Of a stretch of DNA of 64,000 bases, positions 62,981 to 64,000 are shown piece by piece. Positions within the stretch are counted from its first letter, which is position 1; each line of letters begins with the position of its first letter. The stretch is from Eledone cirrhosa (Eukaryota): contig OZ024743.1 in assembly GCA_964016885.1 (NCBI GenBank), forward strand, positions 136,338,001-136,402,000, in the 5' to 3' direction. The notes under the pieces are model-generated. The model worked only from the letters and a program-made list of their open reading frames with translations, was not told where the DNA came from and made no database searches. A program made the translations under genes and the position numbers.

Positions 62981-64000
62981 GGTGCTTGGTGCTTGGGGCT
63001 TGGTCTTTGGTGCTTAGTGTTTGGTGCTTGGTGTTTGGTGCTTGGTGCTTGGTGCCTGGTGTTTGGTGTTTGGTGTTTGGTGCTTGGTGTTTGGTGCTTG
63101 GTGCTTGGTGCTGGGTGGTTGGTGTTTGGTGTTTGGTGCTTGGTGCTTGGTGCTTATTGTTTGGTGCTTGGTGCTTGGTGCTTGGTGCTTGGTCTTTGGT
63201 GCTTGGTGTTTGATGTTTGGTGCTTGGTGCCTGGTGTTTGGCGCTTGGTGCTTGGTGCTTGGTGTTTGGTGCTTGGTGTTTGGTGCTTGGTGATTAGTGT
63301 TTGGTGCTTGGTGCTTGGTGCCTGGTGCTTGGTGCTTGGTGCTTGATGTTTGGTGCTTGGTGCTTGGTGATTAGTGTTTGGTGCTTGGTGCTTGGTGTTT
63401 GGTGCTTGGTGCTTGGTGTTTGGTGCTTGGTGCTTTGTGTTTGGTGCTTGGTGTTTGGTGCTTGGTGCTTGGTGCTTGGTGCTTGGTGTTAGGTGTTTGG
63501 TGCTTGATGATTGGTGTTTGATGTTAGGTTCTTGGTGATTGTTGTTTGGTGTTTGGTGCTTGGTGCTTGGTGTTTGGTGTTTGGTGCTTGCTGCTTGGTG
63601 CTTGGTGTTTTGTGTTTGGATTTTGGTGCTTGGTGTTTGGTGCTTCGGTCTTGGTGTTTGGTGTTTGGTGCTTGGTGCTTGGTGTTTGGTGTTTGGTGCC
63701 TGGTGCTTGGTGTTCGGTGCTTGGTGTTTGGTGTTTGGTGATTGGTGCTTGTTGTTTGGTGCTTGGTGCTTGGTGCTTGGTGCTTGGTGTTAGGCGTTTG
63801 GTCCTTGGTGCTTGGTGTTTGTTGTTTGGTCCATTGTGCTTGGTGTTTGGTATTTTGTGCTTGGTGCTTGGTGTTTGGTGCTTGGTGCTTGGTGTTTGGT
63901 GCTTGGTGCTTGGTGCCTGGTGTTTGGTCCTTGGTGCTTGGTGCTTGGTGCTTGGTGCTTGCTGTTTGGTGTTTGGTGTTTGGTTCTTGGTGCTTGGTGT
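62975..64000 (+). repeat. Copy of about 54700-55727 at an 8273-bp offset, truncated by the window end
   Basis: 54748/63021, 55028/63301, 55238/63511 and 55266/63539 are offset by 8273 with identical translations. Confidence 0.86.

Larger units (their letters stand above)
1..64000 (+). repeat. Heptamer simple-satellite array (TTGGTGY)n, about 9,150 units, extending beyond both window edges
   Basis: TTGGTGC and TTGGTGT units run head-to-tail from position 2 to the end. Interspersed variants (TTGCTGT, TTGATGT, TAGGTGT, TTGGTCC, TTGGTGA, TTCGTGC, CTGGTGC, TTGGGGC) mostly differ by one base. No unique or inverted sequence seen. Confidence 0.99.

Noticed and set aside
2-63793. Hundreds of + strand ORFs up to 595 aa encoding (WCLVLGA)n-like hydrophobic peptides
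   Set aside because: A 7-nt period gives the same 7-aa repeat in all three frames. Stops are rare only because the strand lacks A, starts are mostly TTG/GTG, and no frame is preferred.
1-64000. CRISPR-like or diversity-generating cassette array
   Set aside because: There are no unique spacers, leader, cas or reverse-transcriptase genes. The variation is point change within a 7-mer.
1-64000. Stable G-quadruplex tract
   Set aside because: Runs are almost all GG with 5-nt loops, and GGG/GGGG variants are isolated, so the canonical G3 motif is not met. At most weak two-tier structures could form, which cannot be judged here.
1-64000. Bacterial heptamer repeats (cyanobacterial STRR-like or other intergenic 7-mers)
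   Set aside because: Those tracts are typically tens to hundreds of bp between genes. A gene-free array of 64 kb or more does not fit, though taxon cannot be determined from the window.
1-64000. Pure sequencing or base-calling artefact, or a synthetic sequence
   Set aside because: Rare variants recur in the same order at kb offsets with graded divergence and consistent modulo-7 arithmetic, which random error would not produce. Only the identical block pairs remain suspect.

Overview
The whole 64-kb window is one uninterrupted, single-orientation tandem array of a 7-bp unit, consensus TTGGTG(C/T) (reverse strand (G/A)CACCAA), about 9,150 units. The + strand is G/T-rich and almost free of A. 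I see no real protein-coding gene, RNA gene, transposon, CRISPR array or unique sequence. All listed ORFs are artefacts of a 7-nt period read in triplets (WCLV[L/F]G[A/V] on +, KHQ[A/T]P[S/N]T on -). The information lies in the variants. Position 7 is a C/T switch, and rare variant units act as barcodes that reveal nested, overlapping kb-scale tandem duplications (periods about 4.13, 2.84, 6.86, 6.5, 2.94, 1.43, 1.20, 3.38, 2.35-2.40 and 8.27 kb). There are also sub-kb duplications (119, 280, 406, 462 bp), long-range copied patches, and a left-to-right turnover of variant lineages. Every register slip I found is a shortened unit (34 six-mers and one four-mer), and these explain the modulo-7 remainder of each duplication period I tested. 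Size and architecture suggest a eukaryotic heterochromatic (centromeric, pericentromeric or subtelomeric) simple satellite with higher-order structure, but organism and function cannot be determined from this window. Offsets were read by eye and from the ORF track, so block boundaries are approximate.
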